Below are positions 1 to 43,300 of a stretch of DNA of 64,000 bases, one piece after another; position 1 is the first letter of the stretch, and every line of letters begins with the position of its first letter. The translations under genes and the position numbers were made by a program. Source of the DNA: Tubiluchus corallicola (Eukaryota > Animalia > Priapulida); the NCBI GenBank assembly GCA_030141605.1, contig JAQGDQ010000421.1:138693-202692 (forward strand). Reading direction: 5' to 3'. The notes below the pieces were generated by a model. The model did no database searches and was not told where the DNA came from. It saw only the letters and a program-made list of their open reading frames with translations.

Positions 1-761
1 GTCAATATGTAACCGAGTTACTGTTTTCTTTATTAATTCCAGTTAGTATTTTCTTTATTAATTTTCGTTATTATCCTCGCACGTACGATTGGAAGAAATG
101 GAATCATATACAGAAGAACAGCATTGTAATATTAAACAAACACAACACTATTGCTTGCAGGCACATTAAATATTGACTCGTGTTACTGGTAAACTAGCTA
201 ATTGATTCATTGCACCAGGGTTGTTATGTATAGCGTTATGGAGCTACTTGCGAAACGTTATTCACATTTCATTATTGCATAGCAAATTTTGCAGCCTGCT
301 GCCTCACCAGCTAATTGAGTAACCCTAGAAAAAGCAATTAGAGCCAGATAAAGCAGGCCGAAGTATTTAATAAAGGAAAGCAACTGCACAGCTTTGCTGC
401 ATGTTGAATGAATCTCTGTGTTGCAGCTTTTTTACGTTCTAGTTTTGAAAAGTAAAACGTCTTTCATACAGTTGGATTTTTTTGTAATTATGATTATGAG
501 GAGGAGGATGTTTTTGGTTGCAGCCCTAGACATTTGTTCAGAGTCAATTATGCGTTTTTATACGTTATTTTAAAATCAGTTACAATAAATTCGTGAACAC
601 TTGTCTTGACATAAATAAAACAAAAATAAACAAGTAAATGAATGAGCAAACAAACCAGTCAGCCGCCTGTAATTCAATCAACAAACAAATTATCAAACCA
701 CAAGCAAGTAACAAAGCAAAAAAGAGAACAAAATGAATAAACAGTGGATCGTAAACGAAAC

Positions 762-800
762 ACCACCACCACCACCACCATCACCACCACCACCACCACC

Positions 801-878
<78 letters not shown>

Positions 879-896
879 AACAGCAGCAGCAGCAGC

Positions 897-936
<40 letters not shown>

Positions 937-955
937 GCAACAGAAACAGCAACAG

Positions 956-1014
<59 letters not shown>

Positions 1015-1030
1015 ACAACAACAACAACAA
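762..1030. repeat. Compound trinucleotide microsatellite (CCA)n(ACA)n(GCA)n(GCAACA)n
   Basis: Read directly; explains five homopolymer ORFs in the track. Confidence 0.97.
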
Positions 1031-1699
1031 CCACAAAAGAACAGACTAGGTAATTTTGTTCGTCGGCTTGCAAAGGTCAATATAGCTTCGTTGCAATCGT
1101 CAGGAATTACTTGCCGATTCCAGTTTAATCGGCTTTAATTTGATGCTCTGGCTTCATGTAGGAGCAGATAAACATACGACATCAATCATTCACAGCCCAG
1201 GATTCTCTTGACTTCTTTTCGTTTTACAAGCGTTTTATCATCAAGCTGGCCAGAAGCCTGGCTAAATTAACAGTATCTTAAAAGGTAGTTAAGAAAAGGC
1301 TTCTTTGACGGGTGTCGTAAACTTTCACGTTATGTTTGCGCCAACCAAAGCGCCAAAGGTTAATTATGGCAGCAATTGTCATTTAGCACTTTACGAGATG
1401 TTTATTGCTGGTGTTTCATGAATTTTGTGCGAAATTATCTCTGCATTTGAAGTTTGTTTGCTCGCTTTGTGCACAACACGCGACGTACACAGAATAGTCA
1501 ATGATAATTAAAGAATGCTTTCTCGCCATTATATAGCACAAGCAAGCGCCTATAACAATTACGGCTTAAATATGTGAATTATTGTTTAGAAATCTATACG
1601 ATTTAAAAGGCAGGGTAGGCTTAAATCTAATTTAGCTTCAGTTATATGTTTCCTATTTAAAAAAGACGTCTCTCATCACAAATCAAACCTCTGCAACAG

Positions 1700-2000
1700 A
1701 ATTAAGAACAATGTTTAAAATCCCAATTCTACATGTACATAAAAACTTCTTAACAATCCTGTTTTTATATAAATACATCAACAATATTAACACGCCCTTC
1801 ATCAAAAATAAGCTTCCACTCCTCTTGGAGCCAACATTAAATCCAAAAACACACAATATTAAACAAATACGCACTAATAACAAATACGGCAGCAATTCTA
1901 TTACTAAACAAGGAGTTCAACTTTGGAATACCTTGCCATCAAATTTAAAAAAATCAAGTCTTTCGACGAATTCAAATCAAAATTAAAAATACATACATTA
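1700..2000 (+). mobile_element. 3' remnant of a non-LTR retrotransposon ORF2 (L2/CR1-like)
   Basis: RTNNKYGSNSITKQGVQLWNTLPSNLK, then frameshifted FKSKLK, matches the typical ORF2 C-terminal pattern. Confidence 0.6.
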
Positions 2001-2302
2001 AATCGTTTTGAAAACCCTACATGCGTAAACGATAATATATATCCATCCGCAAATTTTATTTACCCATGTCCATTTTAAATTATATGTATATATTGTCTAT
2101 AGTCTATTATAATTTACGTGTAACATTATAATGTATATTTTGTTTTAAATTTTTGGCACAGTAGTTTTTAGTTTGCACTGGATGCATTTGCCTTTAACAG
2201 TTGTGTGAATTTTATTCTCATGCTGCGATGTTCTTTTATGCTTTTATAGTTATGAATATGGATTTTTTCTGGCAAATATATAATAATATATAAAGTTTTA
2301 TG

Positions 2303-2311
2303 TATATATAT

Positions 2312-2359
<48 letters not shown>

Positions 2360-2372
2360 ATATATATATATA
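2303..2372. repeat. (TA)n microsatellite with symmetric CC/GG interruptions
   Basis: Read directly. Confidence 0.95.
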
Positions 2373-4235
2373 AGTGCCAGCGTTCAAAGAAGACATTCAT
2401 AAAATAATTATAACATTATTATATAATCGATATAAGGTAAATTTATTGATAGAATAGCAATAAATGAGTTTTTGTAAGAAATGTTAGTGAACATGCCCGC
2501 CAGTGTCGTGCGCATTGTTTCTAGACGACCAATCAACGAATGACATCCGTCATCTTGTCGAAAATCACCCACTTGATTGCTGTCGCTGGATGTGAAAAGG
2601 TTCAGCTAATTTTACCTTTAGGTCTGTTTTATAAACATTAGCTTACAAAAAATATTATTTCGTATAGTTGGTGATCGTGGTGTTGTTGACGGTTCGTCAT
2701 AACGGTTTTCACTCTCCCAGCCTTCTTTTAAAAATTGTCACGTTGTTGCTATGTTTTTGTTCTATAAAATGAACTTGTATTAAGGCAAGGTATACGTGTT
2801 CACTCTTATCTTAAAAGAGACAGCTTCTTTATTAAAAAGCTTAAAAATCATAGATTTACTGCAGATCTGTGTAAAAAATGCTTGGACTGCAATATTCAGT
2901 ATTTATTTTCAGTGTGAGAGAAGTTAAATAACAATCAGTTCAATTTTAATTTCAATTTATTTATTTATTTCACTTGAATATCACATCATAGTAGTATGCA
3001 TTTTACACACATGTACGTCATAATTTTAGTTCAAGCTAATAGGTATAATTATTGCAGCTTTTTTTACTGTAATTTTACTTGTTTGTTTACGTTACTACAC
3101 GTATTCTTTGGCTCTTCGTAAATATGTAATTTTTCTGTTTGCGACTACTGCAGTTGTTGTTTATATGACTTGGTTGCTTTTCATATTCTTTTGAATGGAA
3201 GATTACTGGTGTACATTGTGTCAGTTAAGTTTACAAGTTTTTTTAAATAACAAAGCTGTTTCTTTTAAAATAACCATAGAGTTCCTGTGTAAACTGGCTT
3301 GTTTTACATATTTTTTGCATTTTATTGGCGGATATTTTTAAGGTTACTAATAGCGAGCTATGTATGGCCGAGTGATGTTTACATGTCTTTTTTTAATGTT
3401 TCTGTCAATAAAACACAGTTTGCAAGTACTTAATAGAGTTTCATAAAAACTGCGCAGATAAACGGAGAACAAAAGGCCGTGCTGACATCGGACAAGAAAT
3501 AGCAAACCGATCCATGATCAGTAATCACTGATGAAAAGTACCCATAGTGTAAAAATGAAACATTTTTCATATTTGTCTTTAAACAACTTTGCAATCACTT
3601 ATTATATTTTGACAAAACTTTTACTACGAATAAATAGAAAACAGTCAGTCCATCAACGATAAGTAATCGATCAGAACTAGAAAAATAATCAGTTTTTATG
3701 CTTATCCCGATAATGAAAGTTGAAAGGAGAAAAACTGATTTGAAGCATATATTTGCATAGCATTCCAACTGATCCTCAGCTAATCAAAGGCACCAAAATT
3801 TTGCCCAAACCGAAGCCAATAAACACAGAGGCCCAAAAGAAGCCAATATATACAGAATTTTAATCTGTTGGTGAGTGCTATGAACTTAGTTCCAAGATCA
3901 GCACGGTGCAGCACAACGTTTTCATTACTGACGTTCAATATCAAACTTAATTTACTCTGACATGTTTTTGACAGGTGTATCTTATTGACATGTACCTTTT
4001 CTGAAAGCGAAAACCAAAATAAAGAAGTAATGAAAACACCGCAGGTGCAAGTTGCAGAGATGAAAATCATCAATAGATGGACGAGAATTTCTCGCACATT
4101 TCACCAGAGAAATGTAGTTGACGAGCTACATGTCTATGCTTGCGACACTAGCGCCACGCAGACCGCAACTCTTTCGCATTTTTGAGTTAACGGTTCTTAT
4201 TAGAATTTACATGCAATGAGGCCACATCATCAACT

Positions 4236-4926
4236 TATAGGTTTTACATGTCAAATATAGACCTACGTTAAGTCAAATGCAGATTTAGGTGATTCAAATG
4301 TGTCTTGGTAACTCAAATGTAGACTTAGGCAGTTCAAATGTGTTAACAATGGTTTTCAAGAAATTTTAAGTGTTTTTGGTAAGTCAAATGTAGACACATG
4401 TCAAGTCAAATGTGACATTGGTACCTCAAATGTGGATAGGTGGTAAAGCTTAAGGATGTTAAATATAATCTCCTTTAATCTTAATTTAATAATTGCTGTG
4501 AAAATAATAACTTTATAGGTCTACAAATAGTTCACTAATATTCTGTAAACTTTACATACCATTGGAACTGTTAGAGAAAACAATACATTCTTAAAATAAA
4601 CGATGTTTCTTGAGAGAAACTAATTTATTAATGCAGTGCTAATGCATTACTTAAAAAACTAATTAGTGATTCACTGTTCATTGGGAAGTGGGAACCAATT
4701 TATTCTTTTGTACCGACGTTATGGTTTATCAAAGAATTTAGTTTGAGGATAAACAACGCATTTTTCAAAGTTATGAAGGAGGTGATGACTATCTTTGGTT
4801 TATCTTTTTGCAACTTGCACTTAAATGAGTTAATTACCGATTTATTCAAAGTAATGCATCTACATTTGACTTACCCAAGTCACATTTGAACTTTCCTGTG
4901 TCTACACTTAACGTGTAAAACCTATA
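4236..4926. mobile_element. MITE-like non-autonomous DNA element with ~27-bp imperfect TIRs and subterminal tcaaatgt repeats
   Basis: Left tataggttttacatgtcaaatatagac versus reverse complement of the right end tataggttttacacgttaagtgtagac; TA at both ends. Confidence 0.75.
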
Positions 4927-5624
4927 CATTAGAGTTGTTCTTATGACGTCACCACGTATTATCTTGGTTATCATTCTGGATGTCTAAGTCAGTCACAGCA
5001 TGATCCAAACTGCCCTACGGACAAGTGACGTTAGTTTGCGTGAATTTAATAGCTCTAGTGTATCACTTTCCAGATTAACATCACAGATTTTAGGGGTGTA
5101 AACTCTCTTGCTAGGAAGCCTAGCTGTGAAAGTAAATGAACAGACATGACGTTTTGGTCAAAGTTTGACGTTTATCTAGAGGAGGAAGAACTCCCGCATT
5201 TCACCCATAAATCTTGTCTTTGGTTTACGTGACTGACCCGCGAACTTTATTCTTTATTTGGCAGAGATTGATTATTTTAAGGTGTTTATGGGTTATACAA
5301 AAACATTTGTTTCATTTTCAATATATTTTTATTTGCAGTTAATATGCATAAAATGTTATGTCGTTATCGGGTTGTTGGACAAAGCCTGAACATGATTACT
5401 ATACCGGGTTTTCTTATAGGGGAGTTACTTGTACGGTTTCTTTGCTTTTTTGTGTGATCTTAACGCGCAAACATGATGCAGTGCAAAACTGGACAAAACA
5501 TGCTTTATTGTGTCAGCAGCACCACTTTTCTTATAGCTCACATTTTTTCATGTCAGATATCGGTCTGACCTGCGTCTCTAAATACCGGAAGTCTCGGTGT
5601 GGCGATAATAAACAAGAAATTTAA

Positions 5625-7670
5625 CTAGTGGACGTTTTTGACTGTGTCAAAAACTGTGGTAAGATTCTGCTTATGTGACAGGAGATGTCTTATGTAAGAG
5701 CTTGTTTTTAAAAAATTATGTTTTGTTTTTAAAATAAAGTACTGTTGTGCTTGACCTTAAAGGCTTCAGTAGATTTGGAACTTGTAACATTTTCATTAGT
5801 GGTCCGTAACTGAAGGCTGTGAAGGGCATAATATTGCTTCCGTCAAATTCACCATCGTTTTGTAGCCCAGCACTTTCTCTTTCTAAAGAGCTACAAAACT
5901 CCCTTAAACATTCCTATAACAAGCGTGACGAACGTTTTTTCACGACGTTTCGCAAACTTCTCAATAATGAAATCGGAAACTTTTACCTTTAACTTGTAAT
6001 ATTGAAGTCCAGCGTCTACCAAATGCAGCGAAACTTATACCATTCGATTCGTCTCATCGAGGCCTTTCAGTTGGTGTATTATAGGACGCTGTTGAATTGG
6101 TGCCTCCGACTCCCTCGATTTTGGTTTTTGCTCCTACCGAAAAATTTTCCCGTACGCAAATCGTTTTCAGCCATGCACAACAACTCGACAACACCTAGCC
6201 CATGCCAAAAATTATGGCCCTAGCTCAAAAACTATAAGAGGGATCCAGCCTAACGAAAAAAAGAAGTCCCGTCCGCTCTGTGACCTTGAAACCATGGTCA
6301 CTGATCGTATGCGAACAGAAATGCCCCTACCTGGACAGTGTATAATGTGAGTTTCGTGAGCATAGCCCTGTGCCTACGTGAGTTATTAGAGAAACAAAAC
6401 GGCGGAATAATGATAATAACTAGTGGACGTTTTTGACTGTCAGAAACTGTGGCAAGATTCTGCTTTTGTGACGGTGATGCTTAATGGCAGAGCTTAACTG
6501 CAAATTCGGCATTTTCTACTTAAAAATAGCAAAAACATAACATATAAAATAATTTGTTCATTGACAAGCGAAACGCATCATTACATGAAATATAATTTTA
6601 GTGTGATATTAATTGCAATCGTGAATATTTACATGTGTTTGAAAATTAATTAAAGATCATGTTTATACAAATATTTGGCTTTGTTTACAGTAAGTTGTGT
6701 CATAAAAGAGTTGACATGTCCAACATAGTCAGCATATTTAGCTTCGGGATCTTCTAAGACCGCATGAGTAAGGGTCTGAAAAACATTCAAATCACAAAAT
6801 TGACATATTCTATTTTCTCGTCTGGTCCTGCTCCGCCTGCCAGTCTCAACTCGTAGGTGGTGATTTCCTACTCTGAATCTTGAAATGATTATCCTGTAAT
6901 GTTCCGTAAGAATGCTGTTATCAGCTACATGTAATAGTGAGGCAAACTGTGCAACGTTGTTTGTTTTGTTCAACAATCACATGCGAAATTTCTGCAATTA
7001 AGCCAGGAATTTATCGACTGATGCTCGCGCGCATCTAGGTGTTTTCATAAAAAGCTTACATTATCTTGTAGCCCAGCTCTTTCTCTTTCTAAAGAGTTAT
7101 AGGACTCTCTTAAACATTCCCATAACACGCCCGGCGGACGCTTTTTCTCGACGATGTTTCGCGAAAATTTAACAAAATGAAATTGGACTTCTTACATTTA
7201 AGCTGTGATATTGAGGTTCACCGTCCACCAAAATCGGCGAAACTTATGTCATTTGATTCGTCTTAGCGAGACCTTTAAATTGATGTATTATGCGACACTG
7301 TTACTCGAAACTGAAAGCATTGGTGCCCCCGACTCCCTTGATTTTGGTTTTTTGCCTCATACCGAAAAAAATTGCATACACAAATGGTTCATATTCAGCC
7401 ATGCACAAAAATTCATCAGCCCTACCTACTACCCAGCAACACAACGAAAATTGTGGGTGGCCTAGCTCAAAAACTGTAGGAGGAGATCCAGCCTAACGAA
7501 AAAACAAGAAGCCCAGCCCGCTACACGACCTTTGACCCCAGGGGGACTGGTCACATATTAACATAAATATCCCTACCTGGGGAGTGTGTCCTGTGAGTTT
7601 CGTGACACTAACCCTGTGCTAGTGCATGCGCGAGTTATTAAAGAAACAAAATGGCGGAATAATAAATAAT
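5625..7670 (-). mobile_element. Two head-to-tail copies (5625-6419, 6420-7670) of a non-autonomous Helitron-like element
   Basis: Both copies start on + with ctagtggacgtttttgac and end gagttatta.agaaacaaaa.ggcggaataat. The minus-strand 3' end is a hairpin (gtttttgac-tgt-gtcaaaaac, 5634-5654) followed by CTAG. Confidence 0.7.
6650..6976 (-). mobile_element. C-terminal remnant of a non-LTR retrotransposon (RTE/RTEX-like) inside the second Helitron-like copy
   Basis: ISRFRVGNHHLRVETGR...RENRICQFCDLN...HAVL matches the RFRxxxHxLxIETGR / RICxxC...H zinc-knuckle tail of such elements. Confidence 0.65.
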
Positions 7671-8802
7671 AATAAAAACGGGGCGGGGGGGGGGGGTAAA
7701 TCTGCTTACAGCAAAATCTTAATAATATCAGCTTCGCAGCGCTTCCGCTAAATGCGATTATTAGCACTGCATGGGAGATTAATAATGCTCTTATTGAAGT
7801 GGAGAGAATTTTAACGGATTTCAGTAGCAGAGTTAAACTGAGGCAGGTGTAACTTCATAATAGACAATCTTTCAAATTAAATGGTCAATAACGCTAGCGT
7901 TTTCTGTGCTTGATGCTTGAAGAGACACATACATTCCACCTTCCTATTAACGAATTTAACGTGTGGTTTTCGAGTAGGCTTAATAGTATTACAGCGGCAA
8001 TTAACACGACATTAATTTGAAAATGTTTGAAACGCTTTTCCCGTTTTCAGGGTGCAGTTAAGTAAGAGGGAGGAAAGGGCGTTGCAGTGTGAAATTTTTC
8101 TTTGGTGTTGTATTGCCCGAACGTTGCTACATTGATGCCTAACTTAATTACGTTCAACTTACTGTAAAGTTCGAAAAGTTCAAGAATTGATGCATGTGTA
8201 GTGTATGTAGTCGACGCAATGAAGATTTTTCTGAGCACCCATAAGTCGCCCGTTTCTTCTATGTTTCCGTCTTTTCCAACTATTCGTTTCCTCACTTATT
8301 TCCCATGGAACTACAACTTGGCTCCCATCTTGCCAAAGAAATTCATACTGATGGGGACTGACATCCTGCACTGTTCGATTGTTCAGTTTAAAGAAAAAAA
8401 GACTCAGCGGTCAAAAATAAAAAATACAATGACTTGTCTGAACGCTTAATATATTAACCTGACAACCGATTATCCTGTTTACTTTTATTCTTGTGTTTCA
8501 GACTTGGAAGTAATATAATTTATGCAACAAGTCTTCCACAATACCTGAAAAGCTCCGTGCGGCTTCTGCCTCAGTGCATTATTACAACAATATTACCACT
8601 CGTCTGTTTAATTTCACTACAAGAGCTGATGATGGGACGACGATATCGCACTTATGTTCTATAATGATGGTCATTATTTTATCCGTGATCTTCTCCACAC
8701 AAAAGAGCGGAACAGAGATGCTGTGATTTATGGATGAAGCTCTAAATTGAGCAGTAGCATGGCTTCACGTGACGATATACAGTGCGGGTAAATTCCTAAA
8801 CA

Positions 8803-38161
<29,359 letters not shown>

Positions 38162-38808
38162 CCAAACTAACTACATGGTATCGACAGATCAAACTGGTCC
38201 CGGTATGACGGCTTGGCAGCTAAGATCTTAAGGCATTTGTAAGATATAATATGCCGCCTAAGCGAACCTCAGATACTAAGAAAAATAGTTATGAGAAATC
38301 AAAATTTGTTTGATTGTTACGTTTCTTGTGTAAATATTAGCAGTCAGCATATAAGTGTTAAAGATTAATCAACGTTGACAAGGTTAATGTTTCACACCAC
38401 GCTGCATCACAAATTTTATTTTAATAATGAGTGTGAAATGAATTTATTAGGCATAAATGATTGCGTAATCAGCTGTATGTTGCCTAAAAAGTTGTACTGT
38501 ATGTTGTTGAGCTTTTGTTGTTATACTGCTTTTTGATGTTGTTGATAGCAGCTGTACTGGTGGCTGTTTAACATTTACTTCAATAATGAGTCCCCCAATT
38601 TGTTTTAGTATTAGATGTTGATTGGTAATCTACAGACCTTCTCTAACGAGCAGAATTTCTTTCTTAAATGCCTTATTATAATTTACAAAATATTCGAATC
38701 AGGGTCAATCTAGAGTTATTGTTTCAAATCGTGTTTCAAAATCCATTCAGACCATGACGTGAAAATTGTGACGTAAAAGAACGTGTCCCAAAAAGCATCC
38801 TAACTAAT

Positions 38809-39830
38809 AATTATTTATTTTTCGTCTGCGCAGGCTAACGTCGCGAATTGAGAAGAACCCGTGACGTTGTTTTCATCATCATTTCATTATCTTAGACATC
38901 CAGTTTTCCACTCTTTAATTCATGTCAACTTGCAAGACAGAGGACTAAAGTCACAAACCGTACAGGGTAGATAGTTAGGGTAGGGTAGGGACCTTGAAAG
39001 TGGCCTGGTGAACGGTGACCTCGGTCAAAGGGTTCAAGGACGCTGGAAATCGGTCACTTTTTCGATTACAATTCAACTCTTCATAAGTATTTAAGTATTG
39101 TGGGATAGATACGCGCTCGGGCTTTTAAAAAGCTTGGCTTCTTTGGGGACCAGAGATAGGAGCCAAAATGCAGAACATTGAATAGCTTTAAAACTAGAGT
39201 CATCAAACTTGCAAGCCAGACACTCGGGCTGAGGCTCAGGCTATGGTGTAATTAAAAAGTTGGTATTGCGCAAGTGTTCGAGACAAGAGCTAAAACTTTG
39301 AAAATTAGGGCATCCAGATCTAATTCATGATAACTCACAAACGAAGAAGGCTTTTAGTCACGAAATTTGTAACGTAAACACTTGTGGTAGAGTCCTTAAC
39401 AACACAGTGAGTGTACAATGACTTCAGTCAAAGGGTCAAGATCATTGGACATTAGTCAGTTATTCAATTATCAGCTGGGTTTATTTTAGCTAGGTCCAAA
39501 TAGGAGACAAAATGTATAACATTGAATAACTCCTAAATTACAGTAACTAGAGACCCGAAACCTACAAGGTAGACAACTATGTGATTGGAAAACTTGGAAT
39601 TGTTTAAGAGCCCGAAACAGGGGCCAAAATGTGAACACAAGGGCACTAAGTTTCAATTCACGTTAACTTGCAAACGAAGAGGACTATTGTCACGAAATTT
39701 ATAGGGTAGATACTTGGAGTAGGACTCATAAAAATGATATGATGAACAGTGACCTAAGTCAAAGGGTCAAGGACAATGGATATCAGACATATTTGTAGTC
39801 CTTTTCCTTCAACTCTTAGGCCTTCGTGTT
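38809..39830. mobile_element. Interspersed repeat with three degenerate internal ~340-400-bp units (Helentron/HINE-like)
   Basis: The motif gtgacc..gtcaaagggt(t)caag recurs near 39015, 39419 and 39749 with similar flanks. Family assignment is inference. Confidence 0.5.
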
Positions 39831-40089
39831 AAATTCATTAGTTTAAACAATATTTTTATTTGATAAGAAACATTACTATCATAGTACATTCATAATAAAA
39901 ACAATGGGCACTTAGTCAAACGCTGATTGGCTAACAGGTATAGCTTATAGAGGAATTATAGGCCTTTCAGAGAGTAGATACATTATTTATAAGGTACGCA
40001 CACGTTAAGAACTGTTAATTATACATTAAGTAAGAGTGAAATTGAAAAGGTTGATAACTTGTTTTTTGAATAGCGGTGTGCAAAAGGCT

Positions 40090-40327
40090 GGGACAACTTA
40101 GTTGTGATGTGTTTGATGTTGATGTTAAGCTACAAAAATAGAATGAGTGATGATGAAGCTAATGAAAGATGGGGACAAGTTGGTTATGATGTTAATGTTA
40201 AGCTACAAAAACAGAATGAGTGATAATGAAGCTAATGAAAGATGGGGACAAGTTGGTTATGATATGTTTGATGTTGATCTAAAGCTACAAAAATAAAATG
40301 AGTGATAATAAAGCTAGTGAAAGATGA
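40090..40327. repeat. Minisatellite, three ~75-87-bp units
   Basis: gggacaa.tt.gtt.tgat...aagctacaaaaa.a.aatgagtgat.at.aagcta.tgaaagatg occurs three times. Confidence 0.9.
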
Positions 40328-43300
40328 AAGTGTCGGTGTCACAAATGTTAAATTCATTAACACTAAGGTACAGTATTGCGGGATAATAATCTACGACAGT
40401 ACTCGACTAGTACTGTAAGCTAGACGTATAGTTTGCTGTAAACCTGGTCACCACATTAGGCTTGTGAATTTGCATCCAAATTAATTTATTCTTGCTTATT
40501 AATTCATTTTTGTCATAAGCGTATAGGTGTGATAAATAGAGAGCATCTCTAAGATGAAACCGTGTATGGAGAACATTTTTACTATAAGATTTTCCTTGTA
40601 AAAAAATTCTTTCCGTATAGTCTACAGTATTATATGCCCTGTGACACTTTCATAATGTCCTTTTGCATTACTTTTTGCCACTATTTTTTGTTTTTGTTTA
40701 CTTCCCCCTAGAACGGCTGGCAACATAGCTTTACGTGTTATACGTGAAATGTGCATCTACAAGTAATGTCTATGGTGTTTAAAAATCCTTACATTGAATA
40801 TCTCATAATAATAATTTCAAAAGGCATGTGAGCAAACAGTGTCAAAAATGGAATGTACGAAGAAATTAGTTATTATTTTTGATTATAAAAAGTTGTAAAT
40901 AGTGACGTAACTGTGTTCTATAACGTGAATAAATGACAACTAGAAGAATTAAATGAAGTTGTAAAGCCAGTATTAGTAAAGACCTCGTAAACGCACAGCC
41001 AGTGTTCTTGGGTGCATTTCTAAATACAGCTACTTTGACTAAATGCAACGACGATTAATGTGTTTTACTCTACAGAATCTCCTGGTTAAATGATCGTGTT
41101 AAATAATAACTGTAAATACGCACTTTATAATTAAAGTAAACTTTCGTAAGATGACAAGTTAAGTAGCGATTGTATGCAATCCAGGTTCAATTCATTTTAG
41201 ATGAAACGCAGTATAGTATGAATAGCATTCGCATCAGAAACAGGTTGAATCCGGATAGATGGCAGCGATTTGAGTTTGACAGCGAGATGACAGCGAGAAG
41301 TTTTTCAAGAAATCATCTAGCTATAATTATCAATTGTTATATCATATACAATGTAATGATTAATTAAATTGATTATTATTATTATTGTACGATATGTTGT
41401 AAATCGTGTTTTGACTTAAAAATGCAGAGTCAGAAGTGAGAAGTATTATTTACAGATTATGAGTTGCCAAGAAATATAACGTTTGAAATTTTTTACTATT
41501 GCGAAGTGGTAGATACGCAGTATTGTACATTATTAGCAGTCTGTTTGTTAATTCTGTTTAAAAGTATGAGAGTAAAAGAAAAATTGATGAGCACAACAGT
41601 ATTAATTTTTGAATTATCAGTAGGAAACTCTCTGATATTAAACGTGCATTGATGTTATAAATGTGTCAATCATAAATAAAAATAAATTAATTACTCAGTA
41701 AATACTCAATTATTTAATTTGTCTTCTAACATCAGGTGGCAGCACTGTAAATTATGTTTTCGATAGCCTGCAAAAATGTAAAAGACAACGAAAATTACCT
41801 AATAAAAAGGCTCACATGCAGAAGTGTATTAACCAATAGGCTAACTAGGCCCAACGTTTAAGGGACGCACATTTTAGGCGCCCAATTTTAAAAAAATCTC
41901 GTTCTACTTGGAAAATGTGTATCCGTTCATATTGATGTAACACAAGCATTGCGTAACACACCACAGGTAGGTACTGAGACCAGTCGCTATATAAGAGCCA
42001 TACAACGAACTAAAACAAGGTGCTACACAAGCAGTTGCCCACCCTGCCTGTACATAAGCGCAGTTCATATACGCGTAATTAACAACGATCATGTAGAAAC
42101 AATGGTTAATTTACTAATACACCACAAGCAATTGTTTAATCATAAATTTACAATACAGATCGGCCCGTGGCATCGTGAAGTCTTGATACGCTACTGCTCA
42201 CATGCTAATAATTGATCTTATATTTTACTAACAAAACAAAGAAAATCATCATATAATCATAAAATTTTATTTCAAGTAACAAACAACACAAAATTATTCG
42301 TTTATAGTTTGGCTCACTGTAAGCCAGTATCCAGCACTCAGGTGAGAGCCTATTAAAGCATCATTAAAACCAAGCTGCTCTTATCCTTAAAGACGAAATA
42401 TTGAACTGTAACACAACATCCAGGGCGTTATTCCCCATCAAGAGCAACAGTCGTGAAGTGTATTCAGAACTTGTGAAAGCTTGTTGACTAAAAGTCAATT
42501 TGCAAGCGTTAATATTTTAATGTGCAACAAAGTTCAGAGCAAAAGCGACACTTCTGTGCCCAAAAACTGGTACTGCAATTGTAAAAAACTTGTATTTTCA
42601 AACTTCGATAGTAGCTCATTGACGCAGTCATTTTGCCTCAGGTTTTTTCTGTTGCGAAGCCCAGATCTTCATCTGGAAGAGCCATCTACTGGATTTAAAC
42701 ATAACTTGAATGTGTTCTTGCAAAGTCTTGTGCAGTTGCTAAGTGTTTTGTAGAAATGCGACAAAAAACAATGGCTAACGTAAACAGTGATTTTCTCAAG
42801 ATTATGTTTTTCAGTTCGTAACCTGCACCCCAACTTCAATGTGGATTATCACAGCTTAGAAATAACATAGAGTGTTGAACTTGGTATCAAACTGATCCTC
42901 ATCAAGTGGAGATTCAGGATATGTGAATAACTAGAAAAGCTTCATTGCCAACTTATTGACGTTTTTCCTGTGCAAGCACCACATATAATTATCATCATCT
43001 GCTGCAAAATTACACTAGATCACTAGAGATCAGTTATCAAGCAGTAGTGAAACGGTATCATGGAATAAAAATGTGAACAGCAACACAATTAGCTAAGAAT
43101 GCTACATATCCTCCAATAAGAGAGCGCGTCTCATTCTGTTACCAACAATGGCAGTGTCCAGGCATTAGAGACTGGGAAAATGCCGCAAAGACAAGTCAAT
43201 TATTTAAAGAAAAAAATTTCATTTCATTTTCACATTATTTTACGTATTTAGTAAATAAAGGATTTTACTTATTTGCTTTCTGAACAGTGAATTTTTGCTA

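Noticed and set aside
674-1080. Poly-L/V/T/N/C ORFs
   Set aside because: Translations of a trinucleotide microsatellite; no splice or homology support.
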